63,224 bases of DNA, filler included, from Octopus bimaculoides (GCF_001194135.2; 8 parts of 7 records of this genome joined end to end with filler, not necessarily neighbours in it); one strand, 5' to 3'; counted from the whole stretch's first letter, positions 38,336 through 52,580 are shown. A program made the numbers and translations. The notes: generated by a model not told the origin, from the letters alone.

Positions 38336-41300
38336 TTGGAATGAAATAACGAAAGAATGTAAGTACGTACGTACGTTCAAACGGACGCACGGACGAAGGA
38401 ACGAACGTACGTACTTAAGCACGAACGTAGTACGTACGTACGGAGGAACGAACTAACGAACGAGCGTACGTAAGTACGAATGCAGAAAAGAAAAAACGAA
38501 CGATCCAACGAACGAACGGACGTACGCACGTACGTACAAACGAACCAACGTATATACGTACGTACGTACGATTGAACTACGTAAGTACGAACGACCGAAA
38601 GAACGAACGAACGTATGTACGTACTTACGAATGAACGAACGATCCAACGATCGAACGTACGTACGTAAGAACGGACCAATGAACGAACGATCGAACAAAA
38701 AATAGAGAACGATTGAAGGAAAAAACGAACGAATGTACGTACGTAGGTACGAACGAATGTACGTACGCAGGTACGAACGAACGTACGTAAGTACGTACGC
38801 ACGGACAGACGGACGGACTAAAGAATAAACGAACAAAAGAACGAACGTACGTACGTAAGTACGAACGAACGATCGAACGTAGGAACGAACGTACGTATCT
38901 ACGAACGAATGAAGGAACGAACTAACGTACGTACGTACGTACGTACGAATGCACAAAAAACAAATGAACCATCCAAAGAACGAACGTACATACGTACGCA
39001 TGTACGTACGTACTTACTCATGTACGTACGTACAAACGTACTTACGTTCGTACGAACGAAAGAAAGAAGTACGTACGTACGTACGTACGAATGAACGAAC
39101 GAGCGATCGAACGAACGAACGAACGCAAGAGCGACCGTAAGAACGTACGTTCGTTGGAATGAAATAAATAACGGACGTATGTATATACGTACGTACGAAC
39201 GACCGAACGGACGGACGGACGAAGGAAGGAACGAATTAACGAACGAGCGTATGTACGAACGATCCAACGAACGAACGTACATACGTACGTACGAACGGAC
39301 CAATGAACGAACGATAGACCAAACAAAAGAAAGAACGATTGAAGGAACGAACGTACGTGCGTAAATACGTAGGTACGTACGAACGGACGAAGGAATAAAC
39401 GAATGAAAGCATCTAGGTACCACCGTACGTACGAACGAACGAACGAGAAAATATACGTATGTACCAACGAACGATAGTACGTACCTACGAAGTAGCGAAC
39501 GAACGAAGTAACGAACGAACGAAATGAAGGAGCAAGCGAACGAACGAACGAATGAAGTAACGAACGAACTAACGAATGAATTTACATACGAACGAAATAT
39601 CGTACGTACTTAAGTTCGTATTTACGAACGACCGAACGAACGCAGGTGTGACCGTGGGAACGTACGTTCGTACGAATGAAGTAACGAACGAACGTACGTG
39701 TGAACGAAAGAACGAACGTACGTACTTTAGCACGAACGAACGAACGAACAAACGAACGTAGGAACGTACGTAGGTACCTACGAACGTACAAACGCACGAA
39801 GGAACGAATTAACGAACGAACGTACGTACGTACGCACGTACATAAGTACGTACGTACAAACGAACCAACGTATATACGTACGTATGTAAGTACGAATGAA
39901 CGTACGTACATACGTAAGTCCGAACGAACGTATTTTCGTACGAACAAAACAACGAAAGTACGTATGTACGTACGAATGAACGAACGATCCAACGAACGAA
40001 CGACGAACGCCGAACAAACGAAAGTACGTGCGTACGTACGAACGGACCAATGAACGAACGATTGATTAAGCAAAAGAACGATTGAAGGAACGAACGAATG
40101 TTAGTATGTACGTAAGTACGAACGAACGAACAAAGAAGGAAACGAACGTACATAATTACGTAATTACGTACGTATGAAAGAATGAACGAACGAATGAACG
40201 TACGTACGTACGGACGGACAAAAAATTAACGAACGAAAGCATCTACGTACCTCTGTACGTGCGAACGAACGAACGAGCGGATGTACGTATGTACGAACGA
40301 ACGATAGTACGAACGAACGAAATGAAGGAGCAAGCGAATGAACGAACAAACGTATGTACGAACGAACGAATTAACGAATGAGAATTACGTACGTATGTAC
40401 GTACGAACGAACGAAATATCGTACGTATGTAAACTACGATCGAACGAACGCAAGAGCGACGGGAGGAACGTAACTTCGTAGTAATGAAATAACGAAAGAA
40501 CGTACGTACATACGTACGTAAGAACGACCGTACGGACGAACGAACGTACGTTCGTAAGCAAGAATGAACGTAGGAACGTACGTACGTACCTACGAACGTA
40601 CGTACGTACGAATGCACAAAAGAACAAACGAATGATCCAACGAATGTACGTAAACCAACGTATATACGTACGTACGTATGTACGTACAAATGAACGAACG
40701 AAAGAACGAACGTACTTACCTACGTAAGTACGAAGGAACGATCGAACAAACAAACGTAGGAACATGCGTACGTATCTCCGAACGTACAAACGAATGAAGG
40801 AATGAACGAACGTACGTACGTAAGTACGTACGTATAAACGAACCAGCGTTTATACGTACGTACGTACGTGCGTATATACGTTGGTTCGTTGGATCGTTCG
40901 TACTTACGTATGTACGTACGTTCGTTCTTTCGTTCGTTCATTCGTACGTATGTACGTACGAAAGCACGAACGACGAACGAACAAACGACATACATACGTA
41001 CATTCGCTCGTTCTTTCGTACGTAAGTACGGATGTACGTAGATGCTTTCGTTCGTTTATTCTTTCGTCCATCCGTCCGTCCGTACGTACGTATGTACGCA
41101 CGTGCGTTCGTTCGTTCGATCGTTCGTTCTTTCGTACGTACGTATTTACGTACTTTCGTTTCCTTGTTTGTTCGTTCTTTCGTTCGTACCTACGTACATA
41201 CTTACATTCGTTCGTTCCTTCAATCGTTCTTTCTTTTGTTTGTTCGATCGTTCGTTCATTGGTCCGTTCGTATGTACGTACGGACGTTGGTTCGTTCGTT

Positions 41301-44300
41301 CGTTTGTTCGTTGGATTGATCCTTCATTCGTACGTACGTACGTTCGTTCTTTCGTTCGTACGAAAGTACGTTCGTTGGATTGATCCTTCATTCGTACGTA
41401 CGTTGGATCGTTCGTTTGTTCTTTTGTGCATTCGTTCGTACGTACGTACGTTCGTTCGTACGTACGTTCGTTCGTTCGTAGGTACGTACGTCCGTTCCTA
41501 CATTCGTTCGTTGAATCATTCGTTCGTTCGTTCGTTCGTTCGTTCATTCGTACGTACGTACTATCGTTCGTTCGTACATACGTTCGTTCGCTCGTTTGTT
41601 CTTACGTACGGAGGTACGTAGATGCTTTCGTTCGTTTATGCTTTCGTACGTTCGAACGTACGCTTGTTCGTTCGTTCGTTCGTTCGTTCTTTCGTACGTA
41701 CGTACTTACGTACGTTCGTTTCCTCGTTCGTTCGTTCGTACTTACGTACATACTTACATTCGTTCGTTCCTTCAGTCGTTCTTTCTTTTGTTTAATCGAT
41801 CGTTCATTCATTGGTCCGTTCGTACGTACGTACGTTTGTTCGTTCGTGCTTTCGTTCGTTCGTTGGATCGTTCGTTCATTTGTACTCACGTACCTTCGTT
41901 CGTTCGTTGGATCGTTCGTTTGTTTTTTTGTGCATTCGTACGTACGTACGTACGTTCGTTCGTTAGTTCGTTCCTTCGTTCGTTTGTACGTTCGTAGGTA
42001 CGTACGTACATTGCTGCGTTTGTTCGTGCTTACGTACGTTCATCCGCCCGTTCGGTCATTCGTTCGTACGTACGTATGTACGTACATTCGTTCGTTATTT
42101 CATTCGTACGAACGAACGTTCCTACGGTCGCTCTTGCGTTCGTTCGTTCGTTCGATCGATCGCTCCTTCGTTCGTTCGTACTTACGGAGGTACGTAGATG
42201 CTTTCGTTCGTTTATTATTTCGTCCGTCCGTCCGAACGTACGTTCATACGTATGCACGTACGTTCGTTCGTTCATTCGTTCGATCGTTCGTTCTTTCGTA
42301 CGTACATACGTACGTTCGGTTCCTCGTTTGTTCGTTCGTTCATTTTTCGTTCGTACCTACATACATACTTACATTCGTTCGTTCCTTCAATTGTTCTTTC
42401 TTTTGTTTAATCGATTATTCGTTCATTGATCTGTTCGTACGTACTTTCGTTTGTTCCTCTTTCGTTCGTTTGTTGGATCGTTCGTTCATTCGTACATACG
42501 TACGTACGATCGTTCTTTCGGTGGTACGAAAGTACGTTCGTTCGTTCTTTCGGACTTATGTATATACGTACGTTCATTAAAATACATACGTACGTATGTA
42601 CGTATATACGTTGGTTTGTTTGTACGTACGTACTAACGTACGTGCGTACGAACGTGCGTTCGTTCGTTCGATTGTTCTTTTGTGCATTCGTAGGTACGTA
42701 CGTACGTTCCTACGTTCTTTCGTTCGATCGTTCGTTCGTGCATACGTACGTTCTTTCGTTCTTTCGTTCGTACGTACGTTCGTTTGTTCGTCCGTCCGTC
42801 CGTTCGGTCGTTCGTAAGTTCGCTTGCTCCTTCATTTTGTTCGTTCGTTACTTCGTTCGTTCGTTTGTTATATCATTCGTTCGTACGTACGTACTATCGT
42901 TCATTCGTTACTTCGTTCGTACGTACTATCGTTCTTTCGTACATACGTACATACGTTCATTCGCTCGTTCGTTCGTTCGTACATACCTACGCACGCACGC
43001 ACGTTCGTTCCTTCGTTCGTTCGATCATTCGTCCTTTCGTTCGTACCTACGTACATACTTACATTCGATCCTTCATTGGTCCGATCGTACGTACGTTCGT
43101 TCTTTCGTTCGTTCGTACGTACATACGTACGTACGTACATACGTATATACGTTGGTTCGTTTGTACGTACGTTCGTTCGTCGGATCGTTCGTTTTTTTCC
43201 TTTGTGTATTTGTACGTACGTAATTTCGTACGTTCGTTCGATCGTAAATACGTATATTTCGTTCGTTCGTACGTAGATACGTACGTAAGTTCATTCGTTA
43301 GTTCGTGCACACGTTCGTTCCTTCGAACGTACGTCCGTTCGTACGTACGTTCGTTCGTACGTTCGCTTGCTCCTTCATTTCGGACGTTTGTTTATTCTTC
43401 CGTCCGTCCGTCCGTACCTACGTACGCACGTACGTTCATTCGTCCTTTCCCTCGATCTTTCGTTCTTTCATACGTACGTACTTACGTACGTTAATTTCCT
43501 CGTTTGTTCGTTCGTTTGTTCGTTCGTACCTACGTACATACTTACAATCGGTCGTTCCTTCAATCGTTCTTTCTTTTTTCGTTCGTTCATTGGTCCGTTC
43601 GTACGTACGTTCGTTCGTTCGTGTTCTTTTGTGCATTCGTACGTACGTACGTTCGTTCGTACGTACGTACGTACGTTCCTACGTTCATTCGTGCTTACGT
43701 ACGTACGTTCGTTCTTTCAGTCGGTCGTTCGTACTTACGTATGTACGTACGTTCGTTCATTCGTAAGTACGTATATACGTTGCTTCGTTTGTATGTACGT
43801 CATTACGAACGTGCGTACGTACGTTCGTTCGTTGGATCGTTCGTTTGTTCTTTTGTGCATTCGTACATACGTACTTTCGTTCGTTAGTTCTTTCCTTCGT
43901 TCGTTCGTAGGTACGTACGTAAGTTCCTACGTTCGTTCGTTCGATCGTAATTACGTGCGTACGATATTTCGTCCGTTTGTACGTACGTACGTACGCTCGT
44001 TCGTTAGTTCGTTCCTTCGTACGTTCGTAGCTACGTACGTACGTTCTTTCGTTAGTACGTTCGTTCATTCGTCCGTCCGTCCGGTCGGTCGTTCGAACAT
44101 ACGTATGTACTTTCGTTCGTTCGTTATTTCATTCCAACGAACGTACGTTCCTACGGTCGCTCATGCGTTCGTTCGATCGATCGCTCGTTCGTTCGATCCT
44201 AAATACTTAATTACGTACGTACGATATTTCGTTCGTTCGTACGTACATACGTAAGCACGTAAGTTCAATCGTTAGTTCATTCGTAGGTTCGTTCGTTCGT

Positions 44301-46124
44301 ACGTACGTTCGTTCGTACGTTCTCTTGCTCCATCATTTCATTCGTTCATTCTTACGATATTTCGTTCGTTCGTACATTCGTACATACGTTCATTCGCTCG
44401 TTCGTTCGTTCTTACGTACGGAGGTACGTAGATGCTTTTGTTCGTTTATTCTGTCGTCCATCTGTCCGTCCGTACGTACTACGTACACAAGTCCGTTCGT
44501 TGGATCGTTCTTTCTTTCGTACGTACATACATACTTACACTCGTTCGTTCCTTCAATCGTTCTTTCTTTATATTGTTCTATTGTTCGTTCATTTGTCCGT
44601 TCGTACGTACGTTCGTTCGTTCATTCGTTCGTTCACACTTACGAATGTACGTACGTTCATTCGTTCCTACATACGTACGTACGTATATATGTTGGTTCGT
44701 TTGTACGTACGTTGATACGTACGTACGTACGTTCATTCGTGCTTACATACGTACGTTCGTTCTTTCGTTCGTTCGTTCATCCGTCCGTTCTGTCGTTCGT
44801 ACGTACGTACGTATGTTCGTTCGTTATTTCATTCCTACGAACGAAGGTTCCTACGGTCGCTCTTGCGTTCGTTCGTTCGTTCTTTCATACGTACGTACTT
44901 ATGTACGTTCGTTTCCTTGTTTGTTCGTTCGTTCGTTCGTTCGTACTAACATTCGTTCGTTCCTTCAATCATTCTTTCTTTTGCTTAATTGGTCCGTTTG
45001 TACGTACGCACGTACTTTTTGTTCGGCGTTCGTCGTTTGTTCGTTGGATCGTTCGTTCATTCGTACGTACATACGTACTTTCGTTGTTTTGTTCGTACGA
45101 AAATACGTTGGTTCGTTTGTACGTACGTACTTACGTACATGCGTACGTACGTACGTTCGTTCATTCGTTCGTACGTTCGTTCGGTTGGTCGGTCGTTGGT
45201 ACTTACGTATGAACGTACGTTCGTTCTTTCGTTCATTCGTACGTATATACGTACGTTCGTTTGTACTTANNNNNNNNNNNNNNNNNNNNNNNNNNNNNNN
45301 NNNNNNNNNNNNNNNNNNNNNNNNNNNNNNNNNNNNNNNNNNNNNNNNNNNNNNNNNNNNNNNNNNNNNNNNNNNNNNNNNNNNNNNNNNNNNNNNNNNN
45401 NNNNNNNNNNNNNNNNNNNNNNNNNNNNCGTTCGTTCATTCGTACGTACGTATATACGTTGGTTCGTTTGTACGTACGTACTTACGTACATGCGTACGTA
45501 CGTACGTTCGTTCTTTCGTTGGATCGTTCGTTTGTTCTTTTGTGCATTCGTACGTATATACATTCGTTCCTCGATCGTTCGTACATTCGTAGATACGTAC
45601 GAACGTTCCTACCTTCGTTCGTGCTTACGTACGTACGTTCGTTCATTCGTTCGTACGTTCGTTCGGTTGGTCGGTCGTTGGTACTTACGTATGAACGTAC
45701 GTTCGTTCTTTCGTTCATTCGTACGTATATACGTACGTTCGTTTGTACTTACGTACGTACGTTGGTTCGTTAGTCCGTTCCTTAGTGTGTTCCTACCTTC
45801 GTAGGTACGTACGTACGTTCCTACGTTCGTTCATTCGATCGTTCGTTAGTGCGTTCGTTCTTGCTTACGTACGTTCTTTCTGCAGTCCGTCCGTTCGGTC
45901 GTTCGTACGTACATACGTTCGTTCGTTATTTCATTCATACGAACATACGTTCCTACGTTCGTTCGTACGTACGTACGAACGCACTAACGAATGAAGTTAC
46001 TTACGTACGTATTTACGTAAGAACGAACGAAATATCGTACGTACGTAATTACGTACATTCTTACATTCGTTCGTTCCTTCAATCGTTCTTTCTTTCGTAC
46101 CTACATACATACTTACACTCGTTC
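38336..46124. repeat. Large CpG-rich ACGA/ACGT tetramer satellite with an internal inversion
   Basis: 38336-40863 reads (ACGA/ACGT)n and 40864-46124 reads (TCGT/ACGT)n. Landmark motifs recur and the array runs into a gap. Confidence 0.97.
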
Positions 46125-46631
46125 NNNNNNNNNNNNNNNNNNNNNNNNNNNNNNNNNNNNNNNNNNNNTTAATTAATTAANNNNNNNNNNNNNNNNNNNN
46201 NNNNNNNNNNNNNNNNNNNNNNNNACATATACATAAGTACATACATAAATATACATATACATACATATACACAAAAATACACACATATATATATATATAA
46301 ATATATACACACAAATAAATATATAAAGAAGGAATATTATAAAAGAAAACCACACTCACACACTCACTCACACACACAATATATAAAAATATACATGTAT
46401 ACACACAAATACATATATTTATACATAAATTTAAATACAACTATACACTCAACATACACAAACATATATAAACACAAACACATATATATACTTAAACCTA
46501 TATAAATACATACGTAAACATATATACATACACCTAAAAATATACATACATACTAACGCATATAGACTAAAACACGCACACTCATATATATACATATACT
46601 CGTGCATATACACATACCCATATGTATAAAA

Positions 46632-47067
46632 TCGTTCAAATTGTATTTAAAACGATAATAATTCATGTGAGCTGGGTTTTTTTATATGATATACATGTTA
46701 GCATATATTATAATGGATGAAGGGATGGAATGTTAATTATTTTGATATTTTGATATTTTTAATAATTTTTCTATCTTTATAAAATAAGTATTTTATATAA
46801 ATTCATTTGGTACTTATTGTTGGTTGATATATATATTTATTTATTTATTATAATTATTGTTCTATTTACGACCTGACGATTAGCTGTATTTTTGAATAGA
46901 ATTTATTTTCGATAATTTTAATTGATTTTAATCGATTTAAATTTCCTTTCTATTTGAAAATTAGTTATGAAACACGTGTAGTCATTTTATTATCTTTATC
47001 TTATGATATTTACTTTGTTTTATATTATACTCATTTATTGTGCTTTTAATTATTAATTATTCTATAT
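46632..47067 (+). repeat. AT-rich dispersed repeat, copy 2
   Basis: Homologous to 14013-14445; truncated by a gap. Confidence 0.85.
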
Positions 47068-47668
47068 NNNNNNNNNNNNNNNNNNNNNNNNNNNNNNNNN
47101 NNNNNNNNNNNNNNNNNNNNNNNNNNNNNNNNNNNNNNNNNNNNNNNNNNNNNNNNNNNNNNNNNNNNNNNNNNNNNNNNNNNNNNNNNNNNNNNNNNNN
47201 NNNNNNNNNNNNNNNNNNNNNNNNNNNNNNNNNNNNNNNNNNNNNNNNNNNNNNNNNNNNNNNNTATATATATATATAAATAATATACAAAAAATATATA
47301 TAAAGCAATAAAATGTATATGACAAAATATAAGAAATGTTAAGACAAATGAAAGTCTTGAAGGTGGAAATAATATAAAAATATAAAAAGCAGGTTCTATC
47401 TGTGAACTTGGGGGGGACCAAACACGTAACACATGTTTTGCCATATGTGGACATGACACAAAAATTTCAGTTCTTGAATTTAGACATGTATATATGTTAT
47501 CTACACACACACATACACACAAAGAAACATGCGAATTCAGCATCTACTATTCTCGTCCATTTACATATATATGTGTTTGTATATGTGTGTGCGAGTATCT
47601 GTAAGTGTATAAATACACACATACACAAGCACACGCAAATATATTTAGAAAACGTACTCAATTGAAAT

Positions 47669-47918
47669 GTGGAGGCGCTTGGCTTAGTGATTAGGGTGTC
47701 AGCACCATGATCGTAAGATTGTGGTTTCGATTCCTGGACCGAGCGACGCGTTGTGTTCTTGAGCAAAACACTTCTTTTCACTTTGCTCCACTCCATTCAG
47801 CTGGCAAAAATGAGTAACTCTGTGACGGACTCGCGTCCTGTCCAGCTGCGGAACACATACGCCATTGAAACCGGGAAACCAGGCCCATGAGCCTGACTAG
47901 GCTTTAAAAGGGCGCATT
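47669..47918 (+). mobile_element. SINE family C with TSD of about 15 bp
   Basis: TACTCAATTGAAATG at about 47655 and 47928. Confidence 0.92.
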
Positions 47919-48154
47919 TATTATTTTTACTCAATTGAAATGGCATTTTTTGTTGATCTGTATGCGATTGAGCACTAATACAGACTGTACGCACAATATC
48001 TGGAGTAACATGAGCTTTTATGCAGAAAAAAACGGAGAAAATTATTTAATACACATTCTGGCTCATTCATTCGACCAGATCTGAAGGATCATGCATTTCA
48101 TTATTCTAGATTACATAGTCACCACCTTTGACGTTGCAACAATTGGTTAGCGCT

Positions 48155-48210
<56 letters not shown>

Positions 48211-48608
48211 NNNNNNNNNNNNNNNNNNNNNNNNNNNNNNNNNNNNNNNNNNNNNNNNNNNNNNNNNNNNNNNNNNNNNNNNNNNNNNNNNNNNNNNNNN
48301 NNNNNNNNNNNNNNNNNNNNNNNNNNNNNNNNNNNNNNNNNNNNNNNNNNNNNNNNNNNNNNNNNNNNNNNNNNNNNNNNNNNNNNNNNNNNNNNNNNNN
48401 NNNNNNNNNNNNNNNNNNNNNNNNNNNNNNNNNNNNNNNNNNNNNNNNNNNNNNNNNNNNNNNNNNNNNNNNNNNNNNNNNNNNNNNNNNNNNNNNNNNN
48501 NNNNNNNNNNNNNNNNNNNNNNNNNNNNNNNNNNNNATATATATATATATACATATTATGATTGAAAGGCTCTGAATTATTTTACTCAAAGTTACTCCTT
48601 TCCTATTG

Positions 48609-50835
48609 CACAAGTCTGCATGATTTTCTATGTTTAAATGACTACGTAACTTTTTAAAGCATTTTTTTAAATGTTGATTTCAGATTTGTTATTAGTTTTC
48701 TCCATTACGTCTGGTTTTTCTGCAATAAAGTGATTATCTGATTTATTTTGCCCAACAAAATAGATTACTATAAGCCAATGCTGACCTAATATTAGTAAAG
48801 GTAAAATAACAGCCAGTACAAAGTTTATTAAATAGTCGTTGACAACTCTGATAGACGACGTGACCATGAAAAGCTGTGTACACGATTGCTAACTGATGTT
48901 TTAGTGTTGTTTTAGTAGTTCCAGAGTTCAGTCATTGGTGATATTTACATACAAATTCCATTTAAAATCAGTGCACACAAACGTAAGTGTGTGAACAACC
49001 CAGACATACTCTGCTACATTTGTGGCAGGTATGTTGTCATTAATCAGAGACAAAATATAACTGATCTTGTAAAAAAATCATATTTCCCTTATTTTGATGT
49101 TAAACTCAGTGATGAAGACAAATCTTGGGCTCCACACAAAGTATGTCGCATTTCTGCAGAAGGGCTGAGACTAAGAAAAAACAAAAAGAAACGCCCTTGG
49201 GAATACTAATGGTGTGGTGAGAGCCGAGTCACGACGTTGTTATTTCTGTATTGCTAAAGTTGAAGGATAAAGTGCAAAAAATAATCATGGTAGCGTATCA
49301 TAATATTTCTTCGGCTATATGACCTATTGCATATGGGGTTGACATTCAATCCCCCCACTACACTTGTTTTGAAGAATGTTACATCAGATAGTAATGAAGA
49401 AGACAAATGTGAAGACGAAGGTGATGAATACACTCCTGACAAAATCGAAAACCTGCAGTTATTTACGCAAGAAGGGCTCAATGATTTGGTGAGTGATTTG
49501 AACCTACGAAAGGATGCAACGGAACTTCTTGGTTCTAGGCTAAAAATGATAAAATTTTGTTACTGTGAACCTTCTCTTGGTATCATCACAGAGAACGCGT
49601 GTTGTTACCATTCTTTCCTGAGGATGAATGTTTTGCTATAGTATTCCAAACCTGCTAAACTATTTTGAGATGAAGAGCTATCCCTCAGCGCAGAAGCTAT
49701 TCATTGATTTCTCCAAAAGAAGTTTGAAGGCTGTTTTGCTACACAATAGAAAAAAATATTCATCCATTCCAGTGGCACATTCTGTACAACTAAAGGACAC
49801 GTATGAAAATGTAAAACAAACTTTTGTTAAATATAAAATATGCAGAACACCACTGGCAAGTGTGTGAAGATCTAAAAATTATTGGCATGCTTTTAGGCCA
49901 GCAGGCAGGCTACAAAAAAATGTTATGTTTCTTATGTGAATAGGACAGCAGAGCTAAAGAAAAGCACTGGGTGGTTAAAAACTGGCCACAAAGGAGAAGT
50001 TTCTTACCTGGAACCAAAAACATTCTGCACCAGCCCTTGATTGAAACTACAAAAGTACTGCTACCACATTTGCACATCAAACTGTGTTTGATGAAATAGT
50101 TCGTTTAATCTTTGCCTGCAAATGGACCATGTCTGCAGTATCTCTCTCATAAAAAAAATATCTCAAATGTAACCAGCGAGAAAATTAAGTAAAAATACTT
50201 ATTGGCCCAGATTATGAGAAATCCATGAATGAATCTCAAAAACAGGCATGGGCAAACTTCAAGTGTGTTGTCGAGAACTTTTTAGTAAACAATAAGTCAT
50301 AGTTTATATCGTGTTGCAAAACTTCAAAACGCTTGGGTGCAACATGAGTATTAAAATGCACTTTCTTCACTCACATCTCGACTATTTCCTGAAGAACCTT
50401 AGCAATCTCAGTGAAAAGCACGGTGAGAGATTTCACCAGGACATTACAGAAATCGCGCGGAAGAACCAGGGAAGATGGAATGTAAAGATGATGGTGGACC
50501 CTAAAGAGAGGCTGCAAGTAATTACGAAAAGCTGGAAAGAAATCAAAGAAAAGGATGTTTCAAAAGGAGTAAAATTACTTTAAAGCCATAGTAAGTGCAT
50601 TGAGAACATATACTTAATCAATTTAGAGGACTACATGCATTATTCATATATGTTTTTTTTAATTATTATTCTAGTCATTTGTTCTTAATTTCATCATACT
50701 TTAATCTAAAAGTCTGTTCAAACAGAAACGAAAGACATGAAAAATCATCATATCTTTGGCAGCATTAAAAAATGGTTCAGAATCACCTATAAGTAGATAA
50801 TAATGATTTACTTCATTTTAAAATGCTGACTTGTG
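48609..50835 (+). mobile_element. Full-length inactive Chapaev3-type (CMC) DNA transposon
   Basis: Termini CACAAGTCTGCAT ... ATGCTGACTTGTG with 3-bp TSD TTG. Broken transposase: NNPDILCYICG, DKSWAPHKVC, VCEDLKIIGMLLGQQAGY..CFLCE*DSR, LHIKLCLMK, LGCNMSIKMHFLHSHLDYF..NLS..SEKHGERFHQDI. The DNA transposon call is firm; the superfamily is from memory. Confidence 0.8.
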
Positions 50836-51236
50836 TTGTCAGCTGGTACGAGAGCCCAGTCTCTTTTCAAATATCCATTGACTGAGTTCTACAAATTTTA
50901 GCTGTAACATATGAAAGAATACTCTGCATCTGTCGAGTTCTGTAAGTTATCGCTTCTGGTGAATCAACTGATATCTAACTATCTATCTATCTATATGTGT
51001 ATATATATGTATATATGTGTGTATATATATATGTATGTACATATGTATATATATATATANNNNNNNNNNNNNNNNNNNNNNNNNNNNNNNNNNNNNNNNN
51101 NNNNNNNNNNNNNNNNNNNTGTATATACGTACACACACATATATATATATATGTATGTATGTATGTATATACGTAAGTATGTATATATGCATATATGCGT
51201 GTGTGTGTCTATATAGATATAGATATAGATATGTAT

Positions 51237-51545
51237 TTAACGTTCTGAGCCTACGAAGAGCGTAGGCTCGAAACATTAAAGACTTTCTCTATTCCCGGGC
51301 GTTATACTAATACATCTATTTGTTGTTTACACCACCTGTCTTCGTCTGTTGTTTTTTCGTGAATTCTCCCTATACATAGCACATGCTCACGTGGTCGCGC
51401 CAGCTAATCCTGTCTCTACTCATCACACACGAACTTCTGGACTCTCTACCTTTTTTCATTCTGGACTATTTATCCTGGACTATTTATTCTGAACTTTGCA
51501 CTCTCTGGCCGCACCTCTCCTGCCTACGGATTATGCTGTACCTAT
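51237..51545 (+). mobile_element. Probable Penelope terminal fragment starting with a palindromic hammerhead-like junction
   Basis: GAGC-GTAG-GCTC-GAAAC stem with an inverted copy upstream, followed by a pyrimidine-rich tract with CTGGACT repeats. Confidence 0.45.
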
Positions 51546-51663
51546 CTACTGATATATATATATNNNNNNNNNNNNNNNNNNNNNNNNNNNNNNNNNNNNN
51601 NNNNNNNTTAATTAATTAANNNNNNNNNNNNNNNNNNNNNNNNNNNNNNNNNNNNNNNNNNNN

Positions 51664-51700
<37 letters not shown>

Positions 51701-51988
51701 GTGTGTTTGTGTGTGTGTATATATATATATACGCACACACACACATACACACATGTTAGATATGCATGGGTATATCTGCTTATATGTATAACTGTATGCA
51801 TTTATATTAATCTATATACGTTTTAAAATACATACACACACACATACATATATCATAATGCAATATATATGTCTGTATATATATATATGTATATATATAT
51901 ATATGCATATATATTTATATACGTATATATATATGTACGTATATATGTATATGTATATATATATGTATATATACACACTCACACATTA

Positions 51989-52055
<67 letters not shown>

Positions 52056-52244
52056 ATATATATATATATATATACATTTATACATACATACACATACACA
52101 GAGACATATTTTCATTTGTATCTATTTAGTATATAAACGTATGTCTATACATATATAGTTATACGCACATGCACACACACACACACACACACGCACAAAC
52201 AAACACACACACACATATTATTTTGTTCATTTATTCTTTTATTT

Positions 52245-52580
52245 ATTTCAAGTTATTTAAATGCGGCCATGCCGGAGCAACACCTTTAGTCGGATAAATC
52301 GACCCCAGGACATACTCTTTGTAAGCCCAGTACTTAATTCTATCGGTCTATTTTGCCGAACCGCTAAGTAACATCGGTTGTCAAGCGATGGTGGGAGGAC
52401 AGACAGACACACAAGTATATACATATACGACGGGCTTCTTTCAGTTTCCGTCTCCTAAATCCACTCACAAAGCTTTTGTCTGCCCGAGTCTATAGTAGAA
52501 GACACTTCTCCAAGATGCCACGCAGTGGGATTGAATCCGGAGCCATGTGTTTGGTAAGCAAGCTACTTACCATACAGCAA
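52245..52580 (-). mobile_element. SINE family A
   Basis: Reverse complement of family A. Confidence 0.88.

Noticed and set aside
38377-45994. Dozens of long R/S/F/V/Y/T- or N/E/R/T-rich ORFs
   Set aside because: They are translations of the stop-poor tetramer satellite in all frames, with no protein complexity.
38336-46124. CRISPR-like reading of the recurring landmarks
   Set aside because: Eukaryotic context, no fixed repeat with unique spacers, no cas genes.
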